A stretch of DNA of 64,000 nt. Source: Vicugna vicugna (Eukaryota). The translations under genes were made by a program, and so were the position numbers. This document shows positions 12,424 through 24,740 of the stretch, piece by piece. How positions within the stretch are numbered: the stretch's first letter is position 1; each line of letters starts with the position of its first letter. A model generated the notes under the pieces. That model ran no database searches and was not told the DNA's origin. It saw nothing but the letters and a program-made list of their open reading frames with translations. Where the stretch lies: contig MU057809.1 of assembly GCA_013265495.1 (NCBI GenBank), positions 1,727,062-1,791,061 of the forward strand, given 5' to 3'.

Positions 12424-13699
12424 CGGTGCTCGCTGTCCAGCAGGACTCTGTGACCCTGGAGGTGTTCTATCTGTGCTGTCCCGTATGGTAGCCACTTCTC
12501 AGAGATGGAGACCCGGGCTCTGGTCCAAACCACACTTCCCAGGCTGTGGGACTTGGGAAAAGTCATTGGACCTTATTTGTGTCCTATTTCTCTATTGGTC
12601 TGATGGGGACCTTCACCCAAGCTCCTGTTATGACATCTCGCCCATCTGCCCAGCAGATGGCCAGAGACAAGTTAAGAAAAGGCCCTTTGGAAACTCTGAA
12701 GCGCCCGGGAATTTAAGGGTGTTTTGCATCCATTTGTCTCCCCCAAGGTAGGAAAGTGGAACGGTGGATATGAAAGGCTGGAGAGAGGCTGGGTGATTCA
12801 TCACCTCATTGAAACCCGCCCAGGTTAAATCTCTTTTTCAGAGAATTTCCTGGGGAGAATTCAGGGCTGTGTTCCAGCTAACACATTCATTGCTTTGCTT
12901 TGACTCTGAACCAAATTCTGGGATGGCATCAGAGCCAGCCTCCCAGGAGGCTGCCTGGGAACCTCCTGGGCCCCTGGCCCCCAAGCCCTCCCCAAGTTCA
13001 GCTCTGCAGATGGCGCTGCTCCCCCACTCCCCCCAGCAGATCCCCACTGTCCCCCCCGCACCTCGTGCTCCCTGCAGCTAAGCCCAGGGGGGTGGAAGTC
13101 TTGCTCCTTAAAGCAGGGGAGGGAAGCAAGTCCCCCGTCTCATTCTTCTGCCTGGATGAGTGGGGAGGGGGGAGGGCTGGAGCACACAGGCTGTGCCCCC
13201 TGTCCCGAACCGGCTCCCCTTCAGAAAGGAGACAGAGAGGAGGATTTGAACGGATGAGTGGTGAAAACACCCCTAAACTAAACAGGACAGTAAGGCCTCA
13301 GCAAGCCCCTCGGGGTGACCCCGTCAGCGCTCAGGCCTGAGGAGGATTCTTAAGAAGCAGGCGGTGCTTCTTCCGAGGTGAGGTTAGTTCTGAGCAGAAG
13401 GGGGAACGGGGCCTCGTTCCGCGGAAGCAGCTGACCCCCTGGGGACCAGCCTGTGCCGTCTAGCCTCGGTCGACACTCTTCAAGGAGCTGAATGGGAGAC
13501 TCCAGCCTGGGGGTGCCTTGGCTGGGACCCGAGAACCCAGCTCAGGTGGAAACCAGCTTCTCCAGGTGATCTGACGAACAAGAGGGGATGAAACTCCCCG
13601 GGGGCAAAGGAATTCGTTCGGGTCCCCTGTAGGGAGAGAACTTGGCGGCCATGTTGGAAGGATGGGGGGGCCCCCTCCAAGGGTTTGGGCCTCTGGGCG

Positions 13700-14900
13700 A
13701 GGGTCTTTCTGGACTTCTCCTTCCTTTGCCAACAGGAAGCCGGGTCCAGCTCTGGCTGCCCACCGGGGGCGCCGCTGCGCGCCCGGGAGATCGGTGTGTC
13801 TCCATCACCCGCTGCCTGGCTTCCTGCCTCCGAAGCTGGACCCGCCACCTCTGGCTCGGGGACTTGGCTGTGGCCGGCGGCCGTGACAACCGCTCAGACG
13901 CAGGGCAGCTCGTCTTAGAAACGCACCAGGAGCAGGCGGCGCCGCCGGGGAGAGGCCACGGGTGGACACGCGGCTTCCCAGGTCGGGCGCCGGACGGAAG
14001 CGCTGCACTGCTGCTTTCCAGAACTTTCCCGAAGGAGCCGGGGTTCCTGCTGTTACTGCTGCTCCCCGCTGCTCCGTCCTCTTTCTCTGTTTGTTTGAAG
14101 CCCATTTCCAGAAAAGTAAGATTGTGTGTGGCCACGGCTCTCATGTCACAAGTTTATTTTTGAGATTATTTTTAGACACAGCAGCACCTGCGCCTGAAGG
14201 TTGCCATGTCTGGTTCCTTGAAGTAAAACACTGAAGGGCTTCGGCTGAGTTCAAATTGGTGAATTACGAGAAAGAAACACGTCACCCACTCCCTGAAGTT
14301 CCTAGAGTCGTCGGAATCATGGAGCCAGAAAGTAGGAAGCCCGTTTGCAGGGGCCGGACGAGGGGGCGGGGAGTCCGTGTTGAGCGGGTGCAGAGCTGCC
14401 GTCCGGGGAGAGGACGTTCTGAAGCTGCGGGTGGTGACGCTGCACGGCCGGGGGAGCGGATTAACGCCACGAGCCGCGCACGCAGACGCGGCCGACGTGG
14501 TGACGTCTCTGCCCCGGTCCTGGGTCTTACGCCAGGAAACAGGCCCAGTGACGTCCAGAGGCAGGCACTGCGGTATTTAAGAGACGATAATAATAATAAC
14601 AATAAAAGAAAAGCCGCACGGGGAGCTGTGAGTATGAAACGGGCTAATACAGAAAGGCCCGAGCAGAGCGTCCAGGACAGAGCAGCCCGAGGCACTCCTG
14701 GCTGGGGTCGTATTTGTCTCTGTTGCTGAAACGGTTACAGGGTCCGGTAGGCGTCCTAACGCAGCCCCCGGTTGTAGTTCTCGCGCTGCCCAGCAGAGGG
14801 CGACAGCGCACGCTCGCACAGGTGGGGGAGGGGGGTACGTGACCAAGGCGTCCTTTTGCTTCGTCTTGTGTTCTCCGCGCTCTTGGGTTCTCTTCTGGGG
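13700..14900. promoter_or_regulatory. CpG-rich patch, possible secondary promoter/enhancer
   Basis: Dense CpG (gcgccgctgcgcgccc, gcggcgccgccgg, gccgcgcacgcagacgcggccgacg); exact MEF2 consensus ttatttttag at 14166-14175; E-box cacctg at 14185-14190. Confidence 0.5.
14290..14545 (+). mobile_element. L1MB-like 3' end fragment, strongly GC-shifted
   Basis: cctagagtcgtcggaatcatggagccagaaagtagg...ggtggtgacgctgcac...ttaacgccacgagccg aligns to L1MB 3' cctagagtagtcaaattcatagagacagaaagtaga...cttaatgccactgaactg. Confidence 0.7.
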
Positions 14901-15002
14901 GTCACCACCTTCTACCAGATCTGGGGGGTACACACCCCTCGTTTTACCCTGCAGGAAGCCCAGCTCAAAAAGCAGCAATGCTTTTCCACGTGCAGGGGAG
15001 GC

Positions 15003-15345
15003 TGTCTCAGCCCCTTCAAGTTGCTGTAATAAAATTCCGGCGACTGGGAGGCTTGTAAACAGCAGACATTCACTCCGCATGGACGTGGAGGCTGGCGGGT
15101 CCAAGGTGAGTGTGCCCCCAGACTCAGTGACCGGTGGGAGCCCTCCTCCTGGCTCACAGATGGCATCTTACCTGCTCTCTGTGTCCTCATGCGGTGGGAG
15201 GGGCAGAGATCTCTGGGCTCCCTTTTATGGGGCTCCAGCCTCATGACCCAGTCACCTCCTGAAAGGCCCCACCTCCAGTGCTGCCACACCAGGGATTAGA
15301 ACCTCCACGTGAATTTGGGGGCATAGGGACATTCGGTCCGCAACG
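15003..15345 (-). mobile_element. MaLR solo LTR (MLT1A-like)
   Basis: gttgctgtaataaaa...ggcttgtaaacagcagacatt...tggaggctgg...cctcatgacccagtcacctcctgaaaggccccacctcc...gaatttggggg. Confidence 0.82.
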
Positions 15346-15589
15346 GAGGACATCTTCACGAGCGGGTCTTTGCTTCCTGGACTGTCCCTGGAACCTCTCG
15401 CCTCCTGCTGTCTGTCCTGGGGGGGGCCACGGGTGCAGCCCGGATTGGAGCACCAAGAGAAGTGCTTCTCAGGCTGTGGTGTGCCCACGGCTGAGCTGAG
15501 GATCTTGATGAGACGACTGACTCAGTGGGGGTGGATTTCTGCTGGTGCCTGGAACACCCCTCAGGCAGCAAGTCCAAGACTTAACAAAA

Positions 15590-15661
15590 TGGGGGTACAT
15601 GGGATGGAACCCAGGACCTTGCGCATGCTAAGCACACGCTCTACCACTGAGCTACAGCCAA
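15590..15661 (-). pseudogene. tRNA-Ala(AGC)-derived SINE head / tRNA pseudogene
   Basis: Minus strand GGCTGTAGCTCAGTGGTAGAGCGTGTGCTTAGCATGCGCAAGGTCCTGGGTTCCATCCCATGTACCCCCA. A box intact, AGC anticodon loop, B box with one mismatch, acceptor stem broken, so not a functional tRNA. Resembles the camelid tRNA-Ala SINE (vic-1 type) head. Confidence 0.8.
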
Positions 15662-17617
15662 CTCGTGCAAGTCCAGGGCTCTTAGACTGTTACTGGCAAT
15701 GGCCCCAGGGAATCGTGTGGTAGAGAAGAGAAAAGTGGGCTCTGCCCACTCTCCATAGGGCAGGCAGAGGACACTTCCAGCCTCAGTGACCAGTCATTAG
15801 AGAGACCTCAGTGCCCGCGGGAGCCACATGGCTCAATTTACGGAGAGAGGATGGAGCTGGGCACTAAGGCTGATGGCGAGTTGCTGTCAGTTCTTCAGGA
15901 GCAACTAAGAGCGCTTCCCCATCCCACGCCACTTTAATTGCCTGGGGCATCAGCAGAGCCCCGGGGAGTGCCAGGGGCGACAGACGGTCCCGGGTGCACC
16001 TGGCAGAGACCTTGCTGCATTTTCTCCTGTGGAATGCTCTCTCCTAACAAGAAAGAAACAGCGACTTGTCTCTGCCCAGCCTGAGAATCTAACCAGAGCT
16101 TTCTTGGGCTCACACTCCCGGGGGAGCAGGGAAAGCCCTTATTTGCCGTGGGCTGGGGGGCGCCTGTGTGCTCGTGCCGAGGTCAGCGTGAGTCCTCCAG
16201 TCCTGTCTCTCTCCACCTGCCGTCTCCCTGGCTGGGAAGAAACGGTGGATTTGCTGTGATGTGGTCACAACGGCTGCAGGGTCTGTTTCCCTATCTCCCT
16301 GCCCCTCTCAGCATACTCCTCCCTCGACTCTTTGAAGAAATCACTGAGACCAGAGTGTCACTGGCTGTGTCCGCCCCAGAGCAGAAATCCTGCTTCCCTA
16401 ATGCACAGGGAGCTCGCTGGACTAGCCGTCTGCGGCCCAGAGCCTGTCCCAGAGCAAAGGGCGAGACCCCCGAGGGAGTGAGCGAGACCGACAAGAACCA
16501 CACACTCGGTCCCGCGACCCGCGGCGGCTCACGGATCAGGCTCGCGGCTGCCACTGCCGCTTTCCCTGCCGCCCTGTGTCCTTGTGTTTTGTGAACGCTG
16601 GCACCCACGTGCTCTCTTCCTCCGTGTCTTCACCTTGACAGCAGAACAGCGGTTTGGCACCAGTGTTTTGCTGACTCTCTCCTGTGGGTTGCCTCAAAGG
16701 ATTTTAATAATTACCATGTTTGATGGGAACTCTTTCCCCTCTTCTGCGCCCTCCTGCAGAAAGTGTGGCGGCAGCACCGACAGGCCTGGGGCTTGTCTGT
16801 ACCTGCACGGCGGCCCCGGACCTGTTCACTTACGGTGGGAGTGAGCGTGGAGCCGTCCGAAGAGACTGTCCACTGGCCCTGAGTGGGCGGGACGCGAGGG
16901 CGGGTGCCGGCTCTCAGAGACCACCCCTCTCTCTGCCCCCTCCAGCCTCCTCTCTTTGGTTGGCACCTGGAGCCCTGCCCCAAGCAGGATGGGGGTGGGG
17001 GTGACCGAGAAACCCTGGGGATGGGGGGAGGCACTGACCATGGGGGCCCCAAGAAGGCATGTCAGGCCCCTCCCTCCTGGACAAACCCTGAGTGATCCCC
17101 CAGGGCCCCTGGGCTGGTGACCCCAGGTCAGGACACAAGGAGGGTCTGAGAGGCCCCTCTGATCCCAACATCCTCAGGCCCCAGCCAGGAGAGCATCACT
17201 TCGTCCCCTCCCGTCACCTTGTCCTGCTGGCCCTCGGGCCAGGAATGAGCAGGGCAGCTGGGGGAGCTGGGGGGGTTGCCCTGCAAGGCCCCTGGGACCT
17301 TGCTCATGGAGATCTACCCGTGTGTGTGGTGAACCCTGACATCCCACCAAACAGCAGTGACGCACAAACACAGCAGCCTCCAGGAGAGAAGGGGCTGACC
17401 GGCTCTGGGCCCCGGCCGTGCCTGGATGACCCCAGGACTGGGACCTTCTGGGAGCAGGTGGCGGGGAGCAGAAGCCCCTGCATGTAAGGCCTCGGACACC
17501 CCCCGAACAGCACAGCTGTTAGCAGGCTGGCGCCGAGGTCAGCCTGGGCTGTGAATCCAGCTCCCACACTTGGCAGCCCGATGACCTTGCATGAGCTTCA
17601 AAATCTCTCCCAGGCCT

Positions 17618-18052
17618 GGTGCTGGGTCAGCTTGTGTCCCCAGCAGGACATGTTGCAGTCCCAACCCCTAGGCCCTGGGAATGTGGCCTTATCTGAAGAC
17701 GGGGTCTCTGCAGAGGTAGAGTGAAGGTGAGGTCATTGGGGTGGGCCCCCATCCAGTAGGACTTGTGTCCTTGTTAGAGAGGAAACTTGGACTCAGACCC
17801 ACATGTGGAGGGAAGGGGATGTGAAGACGGGGAAAATGCTTTGTAAAGATGGGACAGAGGCCACCACAAACCCGAGAACATCTGGGGCTGCCTGAACCCG
17901 GAAGAGGCAGGGGAAGGGTCCCCTGCAGGTGTCGGGGCGAGCACATCTCTGCGGACACCGGGACCTCGGGCTTCCCGGCTCCAGAACTGTGCGGCCATAC
18001 ATGTTGTTCTAAGTCACCGAGTGTGTGGTCTTTGTTATGCAGCCAGAGGAAT
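17618..18052 (+). mobile_element. MaLR solo LTR (MLT1B/C-like)
   Basis: aatgtggccttatctgaagacggggtctctgcaga...tgaggtcattggggtgggcccc...ctccagaactgtg...ttgttatgcagcc. Confidence 0.8.
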
Positions 18053-19852
18053 AGATCCTTCGTGGCTAAGGAGATGGTAATACTGACCTTGGCGTGGTCA
18101 CGGGTTGATGTGAGATCCTAGAAAGCATTTAGCAAGCTGCTGGGCACCCGGGACTGGCTTGGAACTGGCAGCGTCGATTCCCAGGGGCCCTTTTTCCCAA
18201 CCTGCTGAATATTAGCTTGACCTCGGAGTGGCACTACTTCAATTTTATTTCATGATATTTTATTTTGCTGGCTGGGAGTGGGAGGAGGGCAGGGAACTCG
18301 GAGACCCTGAATGTAAATGCATGTAAAAGTTGAAATGCAGTTTAGACTGTTGGCCGAGGGCCCGGGACCGCTCCGTCTCGTCTTCGCCGTCTCTTGCACG
18401 TGCACACACACGCACATGTGCACACGCAGAGGCAGGCACGTGCACACAGATGCCTCTCCGGGTGAGAGCCTGGCCGCCGGCCAAAGCTGGGAGCAAAGGC
18501 AGAGGCGCAGGACCGGGCAGGTGGGGCCGACTCCTCTGCTGGCTCCCATCGCGGCGGGAGGGTGGCAGAGTCGTCTGTAAGTGGACCGTCCGCCCTGTCT
18601 CCCTAGCTCTCCTCCTGTGTCCCTGTTCCCGCCCCGCCTGCCTCCGCCTCCCTTCCTAACGGTCCCAACTTGCAGAGACTCCCGGCTCCCGTGTACCCCT
18701 CGCAGCATACTAATTAAATATTTCCAATGGTTCTTATCCATGGTTAAGCGAAGATAAAATTTTAATGATTTAATTAGCAAGCTCAAGGGGAAAAAAATCA
18801 TAATGAAGAAAGGCGTTTGTAACCATCCTGGACTTCGAGCGTTTTCTCGTGATGCTGCATTTCAGGGGCCTGAAACGTTCTCCCCAGGGCAGGGAGCCCC
18901 GCTTGTCGCCCGAGAGGGAGGGCTGTTGGGAGCAGGGCGAGTTCTCTTGGGTGTCAAAGAGGTTGCCCCCAGGGGTGCTGGGGAGAAGGCACCCCAAAAA
19001 GGAGAGCCCAGCAGCCCCGCTGTGCCCATTAGCTTGGAAACCAGTGGACACATCTGATACTACTTTTCAAAGGACACTCTGGAAACCGGTCCATTTTCAT
19101 GTGCCCTCGTGACCTTTTTTCATTTCCCTTTTGATGTATGACTCTCTTATTTTCAATGTGGGTGACGAATTGACTTCCAGCCACGTTAATGTTCAGAGTT
19201 TGCCAAAAGAAACCTCTAGTTGAATGGGAAAATTAATTGCCTTGTTTGAAGATTTTTGGTATTTCCACTCTGGAGACTGTCAGTTTTCAATGTGGAATAT
19301 TTTTCTAATGCAAGACAAGAATGCAGTGAGAGCCCCCACCCTCTGCGCCTCAGGAAGGCTCTTTCTCCAGGGGCCGCTGCCCTGCCCTGCACACCTCGAC
19401 TTCCCCCCAGCGCGTCCTCTCTGCCCGCTCTCCCGGCTCCCCCATGCAGACGCCCCAGACTCCCCCGGTGCTCTTGTGTTCGTTCAGCAGAAAACATCGT
19501 GTCCTGAGAAGCCAGCGGACGGTGTCTTCCTGGCCAGCCTGGCTCAGGGAACCACGACGTGTGTGGTCAGCTGCTTTGGGACCCGCCGGTGCCCACTCCT
19601 GGCACAGACTAGATCTAGGACCGTACGTGTTGACGGTGCCTGCACACACGGGGGTCCTGTTCCACCTGCCCCACCCGAAGTCCCTGCGTCCACGTCACAC
19701 GTGACGGCAGGACCCAGCACGCGCGGCTTTCTCCTGCCTGTGACGCAGGCCTTCAGGCACAGCAGCGCTACTAAAAAGTTGCCGGAACGTGTAGCGGCTG
19801 CTGTCAGTACCCCCTCCCCTTTCCAACCTCTTTTCTTCTCTGGCCTCCCCAG

Positions 19853-20255
19853 TGTGTTCATCACTTCATTTATTTTTTGTATCTTGATGCTTTGACACCT
19901 TGGGGCCTACCTGATTCCAAGAGATAACAAACAACTCACCCGTGGGCATAGGTTTCAAATGCAAATCCCCCGCCCTCCTCACTGTCCCCCTGCCCCTGTG
20001 CCCCAGAGCCTGCTGGAATGACCCAAACTAGCTGACCCCAAGCCTGCTGGCCCTGCCTTGTGCATTCCTTCTGCAGAAGCCACACGGGGCGCCGGTCCAC
20101 GGTGCCCCTCCGCCACCTGCTGACCCACCCCGGTGCTTCCCTGTGCGGCCCTGCGTGGCTTCAGCCTCCTGTTTCTGGAGATCCGTGAGTATAAAGACTT
20201 CCCCCTTCGTGACTGTCACGTCCGCATCTGCAGGTCTTGCTGTACCAGTCAAAGC
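19853..20255 (+). mobile_element. MER74-like ERVL LTR (internally deleted)
   Basis: tgacaccttggggcct...gagataacaaacaactcacc...caaactagctgaccccaagcctgc...ggtgcttccctgtgcggccctgcgtggc. Confidence 0.75.
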
Positions 20256-20329
20256 CAGTACCTCTGAGTCCTTCTCAGCGTCAGACTTGGTGGAGCCCAG
20301 GCCTGACCAGCTGTCTTGGGGTTTGCCTG

Positions 20330-20830
20330 AGAGCTACAAATACCGAGACCCACTCTCCACTCGTCTTCCCGCTACTCTCAGCCCAGGAAGCTGGTCCGCA
20401 TGGATGACATCACTGGAGCAAACTGTCCTTGGCTTCCCGTTGGGCTCGACCCGTGGAGGCCCCAGAGGAGCTCGGAGGGACAGAGAGGGCGAGGACGGTG
20501 TGTCGACTTCTTGGCTGCCTCCTTGTGTGTGGTTGCCTTGGGCCAGCTGGGTCCCTCAACTGAAGTTATGTCACCTCAAGTCACCTCTGTATGTAGCTCT
20601 CTCCTCCTTGATTCTTCTAATCAGCTCCTCCCTGCCCCTGTGGGTCTGGAAGTTGGGGCAGCCCTGCTGTCACCAGCTCTGGGCCACTCCATGTTCCCTC
20701 GGGCTCCCCAGAAGACTCACCCTTGTGCTCCCCAGAAGACTCACCCTTGTGCGCAGCCTTTCTTAAGCCCATCTTGAGTCTTCTTCATCTGAATGTGCCG
20801 TCTTTGCTGTGAGGGTCCTGATGGAGACAT
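20330..20830 (+). mobile_element. LTR33-like ERVL LTR
   Basis: tggcttcccgttgggctcg...ggagggacagagagggcgagg...gtccctcaactgaag...tgaatgtgccgtct...cctgatggagaca. Confidence 0.65.
20703..20750 (+). repeat. Perfect 24-bp tandem duplication
   Basis: gctccccagaagactcacccttgt x2. Confidence 0.95.
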
Positions 20831-21649
20831 AACGTTTCTGTGGGCTAGCCTGTGTGGGTCCCTGTCCCCTGCAACCAAATTGTGTGACTTTGGGGTTCAA
20901 CAGACAGGTGAGTGTCTACCTCTGAGACCCCCCACTCTAAAATGACACTGGAGAAATGGGGGCCCTTTCCAGGGGGCGCCAGCTCTAGCTCCCCACACAG
21001 CCCCTTCCTTTCTTTCTGAGAGGAGGACCCAGTATGAGATATTTCTGGCAAAAGCCTTTTCCTGTCATTAGTATGTTAACAAATGCTGTCAAATAACAGT
21101 TGCAGCCGACGGAATTTGCTGTTGGCAGAGACTGCCTGCTGCCAGACAAGGTTGTGCCTGTTCTGCAGAAGCCTGGCTGCCTCTGCCAGGAGATCTTGGC
21201 ACCAGAGGTCACCGAGCCCACGGTGGGGCCAGTCTGCCCCGTCAACAGTGACGATGTCTCATGTATGAATAATGCCTTCACGGAGCATTTCTAAATTCCT
21301 TCCTGCAAAGAAGGCAGCAGAGGTTCCAGGGGGAAGGTAAGAACCTGTCCTGTGCTACAGTGCCAGGAGAGGTGGGGGAGGAGGAAGGCAGGAATGGAAG
21401 CCAAGTGCAGGGAGAGGAGGGGACTGGGGCAGGACAAGCCAGCCCGGGGTGCCAGAGTTACAGGAGATGGAAACATCAATGCAAGGGAAACAGGGGGACT
21501 GGAAAATCAATGGTGGTGCTAAAGGGTCTTTGGGAGTCCATATTAGCCTATGATATGCTGAGAAGCAACAGATGTGGGTGTTGTGGAAGGTGCAGTGGGC
21601 TAAAATACGTGGAATGGGGAGGACCGAGCAGTTCACCAGAAGGGAGTGT

Positions 21650-22010
21650 ATCTGTTAGTTATTGACACATAGTTGCTGCATAACAAAACACCCCAAAGCT
21701 CAGTGGCCTGAAACAGCCATCATTCCTGCTCAGGGGTCTGAGGGTCAGCTGAGGGTGGGATGACCTAGACTGGGCTTGGCCGGAGTGGCTCTGACCCACA
21801 CGGCTCTCGTTTTCCTCCAGAGACTGCGGCTGGCCAGGCCTGTCCTGCTCGTGATGATGGGTGGAAGGACAAATGCAGGCGTGCATGCACTGTTGAGGCT
21901 CAGGCTGGGGGCTGGCCGGGAAGCCCCGCACCCTCCTCGTTCTACTGGGCAAAGCAAGTCAGCCATGAGAAGGGGTCCAGGGGGTCTGCAGATGTTTACT
22001 GTGGACCTTC
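21650..22010 (-). mobile_element. Old MaLR LTR (MLT1G-K-like)
   Basis: gttgctgcataacaaaacaccccaaagctcagtggcctgaaacagc...ctactgggcaaagcaagtca. Confidence 0.7.
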
Positions 22011-24339
22011 TCATGCTGGGTCCCGTAGAATGAGAGGACAGCCCTCGTTCCTTTATTCATTCAATCGTTTAGAATTCCGTACGTGTGTAACTGGTCGAAG
22101 GAAGAGATGACAGGAAGACAATTTTAAAATCATTTTAAAATCCAAACAGCAATTTTGAACTAATCTGCTGGTGAACTTTCCTTAGTGTCTGAAAAGGACA
22201 CTGACTTCTGAAAAAGAAACAAACAAAAAGGCCCCCCCAAAACTCAGTGTCTGTAGAAATTAGGAGGCTGAGGAATGTGAGTCTAATTTCAAATGTAAGC
22301 CTGCAGACTTTTCCAGAAGAGCTTGTTAAAGCTTCCTCAGTTTTAGTGAACTGACATGTTACTCTGAGACTCTCCACTGAAACGTCTTGCCCCCGACATG
22401 CGTCTTCCCAGAAAGCGTAGTTTCTTCTTTGGCATCCTCTCTAGAACGTCTCTCTGACTTGGCAGCTGTGGTCCAAGAACCAGAACGGCTCAAATCAGAT
22501 GGACCTTGAATCCCAGACTTCACAAGTCCTGAAGCCAAGCGTCTCACTGTCCACGCCCACACTGCGTGTAACACATTTGTGCCAGAATCCTGACATGTCC
22601 CCCAAAATGCAGCTGAAGTAACCCCCCAACCCCCACACAGCTCTGCTCAGTATAGGGTCACGTTGGCAGAAACAAGCCATCGTAGAACACTAAATACAAA
22701 AAATTCCAATATTGGGTCATTTTCCTCTTAAAAGTTTAAAGGAAGTAAAATTGTAAGCAGTAACAGCCTTCTAAAAAAAGAAGAAAAAAAAGGAAACTGA
22801 AAATAATCAATCAATACGTTTCCTAGTGGGAAACCAGCAAATCAAATTCTTCACTTTGGTACATTCATCAGGCGCTGATTGGAAGCCTCGCTTGTGTTTG
22901 GTGTTTGGGAGTAACCTTGAACCCCTAGCAGTTCATTCTGCTCAGGAATTTCTCTCCGGTCATTTCAGGGAGCAGGCAATGTATGCAGCGGGTGACCCCG
23001 GTTTCTGAGCAGCATTTGGAAGATTTTTACGTGGCTTCCAGCCCTGGATCGTTCCCGGTGGGAAATTGACTGCGAGAAGTAAGTCAATAAATCAAGAAGT
23101 GTGCACAACATTTCCATTTGCTGCACTTAAGCTGATGTGTGCTGGGGAGGCCACCCCCGCTCCAACACAAAGGCGGGTCTTTAAATGTCACTTAAATGGG
23201 GCAAAGCACTTAGGAGCCTCCTCAGGAGACCGGATAATTGGGTGGAGCAGATGGGAGTTTCCCCGAGGCAGACCTCCTCCGTTCATTACGGTTTTCATCG
23301 ATTAGACCCAGGGGTTCTCTATGTCTCTGTCAGAGCCCCGGGAGGCTCTCGGCCCTCCTGCTTTTATATTCCTCAGGTCACAGCCATCGTCTTCCTGGAT
23401 TAGCAAGCAGGGTGGAACAGGTGAATAATCCCCCAAAGCCTGCCCCTCCCTGTCCCCAGACGTGAGGGTGGCAGCAAGGCCAGGCTGAGGGACGCAGGCT
23501 CGCCGCCAGGGCGCTGGCCCCAAAGGAACTCTTTGTGCCGTTGACAGAAAATGCAGTGGGGGCTCGCAGGGCTGCCAAGAGGGTGGGAGGCACCCTATGT
23601 GTCCCGGGGGGTCGCCAGTCCACCTGCAGACCATTCTTCCTGCCGATGGACCACAGGTGGGATCCCCTGGAGCCCGAGTCTGTGCTCTGGGCGCTCAATG
23701 TTTCAGATTTGCTCACTTCAAAGCTCAGCTGAAGGGAAGAGTGAGGCTGAGTGTGGCGCCTCCTCTCGGGAGGCAGAGTTCAAGGCTTTACCTGGACGGG
23801 AGCATCCTTCCCCAAGTACAGCGGAAAGGCAGCCCACTGCCCCGTCACGCACACGGTGGGTGACGCAGGAGGGAGCCCAAGCTGGACCTTGGTCTCCACG
23901 GACCCTGCGGCCGAAATGCAAAGACAAATGAAAGTGGGGCAGCGGCTGTTGAACGTCTAAAGGGCCCCTCCCAGCATGCCTTTGACTGTATGCGAGTTTT
24001 ACTTTGCGGACTTTGGAGTTTAAGCTCCAGTTACGTATGACCGCGCTGGACTGGACGTCAGTAGGGGCGACGTCTCCCCAAGCGGTGCCAGGTTTGGGAA
24101 ATGTGTGGGAACATCTTAGGACACCACTCCCCATCCCGCTCTCCTCCTGCCTCCCGAGCCCCCACCCTTGGGGATGCAGAGCGTCCAGAGGTCTCTGATA
24201 AGGGCGGGCCATAGACTTCGGGTGTCAGCAGTGACCGGTTAGATGGGAGCAGCTGACTCACTGGGATCCCACCACTAGCCTGACTTTGCTGCAAAAAGCA
24301 CCCGGCACCTCTCCGAGTGCCAAAGATGGAAGCCTTCGA

Positions 24340-24740
24340 TCGCACCTTGTTGCAGGTGGTCCTCCCGAGAGGTAAGCCGAGGTCTCAACCCCGGCGCCTG
24401 TGCCTGTGCCCTCCCTGGGAAGCAGGGTCTCTGCAGATGCTGTCGGGCCAGGCTGCTGGGAAGACAAGAGGGACTCGGATACGCGGTGCGTTGGAGACAG
24501 AGGTTGTGTGAAGACAGGGGCAGTTACGGGAGCGACGCACCTGTAGGCCGAGGGCTGGTAGGGATGCCGGCAACCCCCGGCCACTAGCGGGCACGTGGGG
24601 CCGACGCCCCCTGAGCCTCCAGAAGGAACCGCCCCCGCTGACGCCTTGAGTCTGGACGTCCAGCCTCCAGGACCGCGGGCTGCGCTTCTGCTGTTTGAAG
24701 CCGCAGCCTGTGGGCATTTTTTAGAGCAGGAAACTGACAC
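24340..24740 (+). mobile_element. MaLR solo LTR (MLT1C/D-like)
   Basis: agggtctctgcagatg...gagcctccagaaggaaccgcccccgctgacgccttga...ctgctgtttgaagcc...ggaaactgacaca. Confidence 0.8.

Noticed and set aside
13542..14163. 200-aa (-) and 173-aa (+) ORFs
   Set aside because: GC-rich ORFs open in several frames with no protein family signature or clear exon boundaries.
15590..15661. Functional tRNA-Ala gene
   Set aside because: The acceptor stem has three mismatches and the T arm is imperfect; this is a pseudogene or SINE head.
20703..20750. CRISPR-like direct repeat
   Set aside because: Only two abutting copies with no spacer, inside a mammalian LTR; a simple slippage duplication.
19224..20766. 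223-aa and 207-aa ORFs
   Set aside because: Low-complexity translations; the second lies over MER74/LTR33 LTRs.
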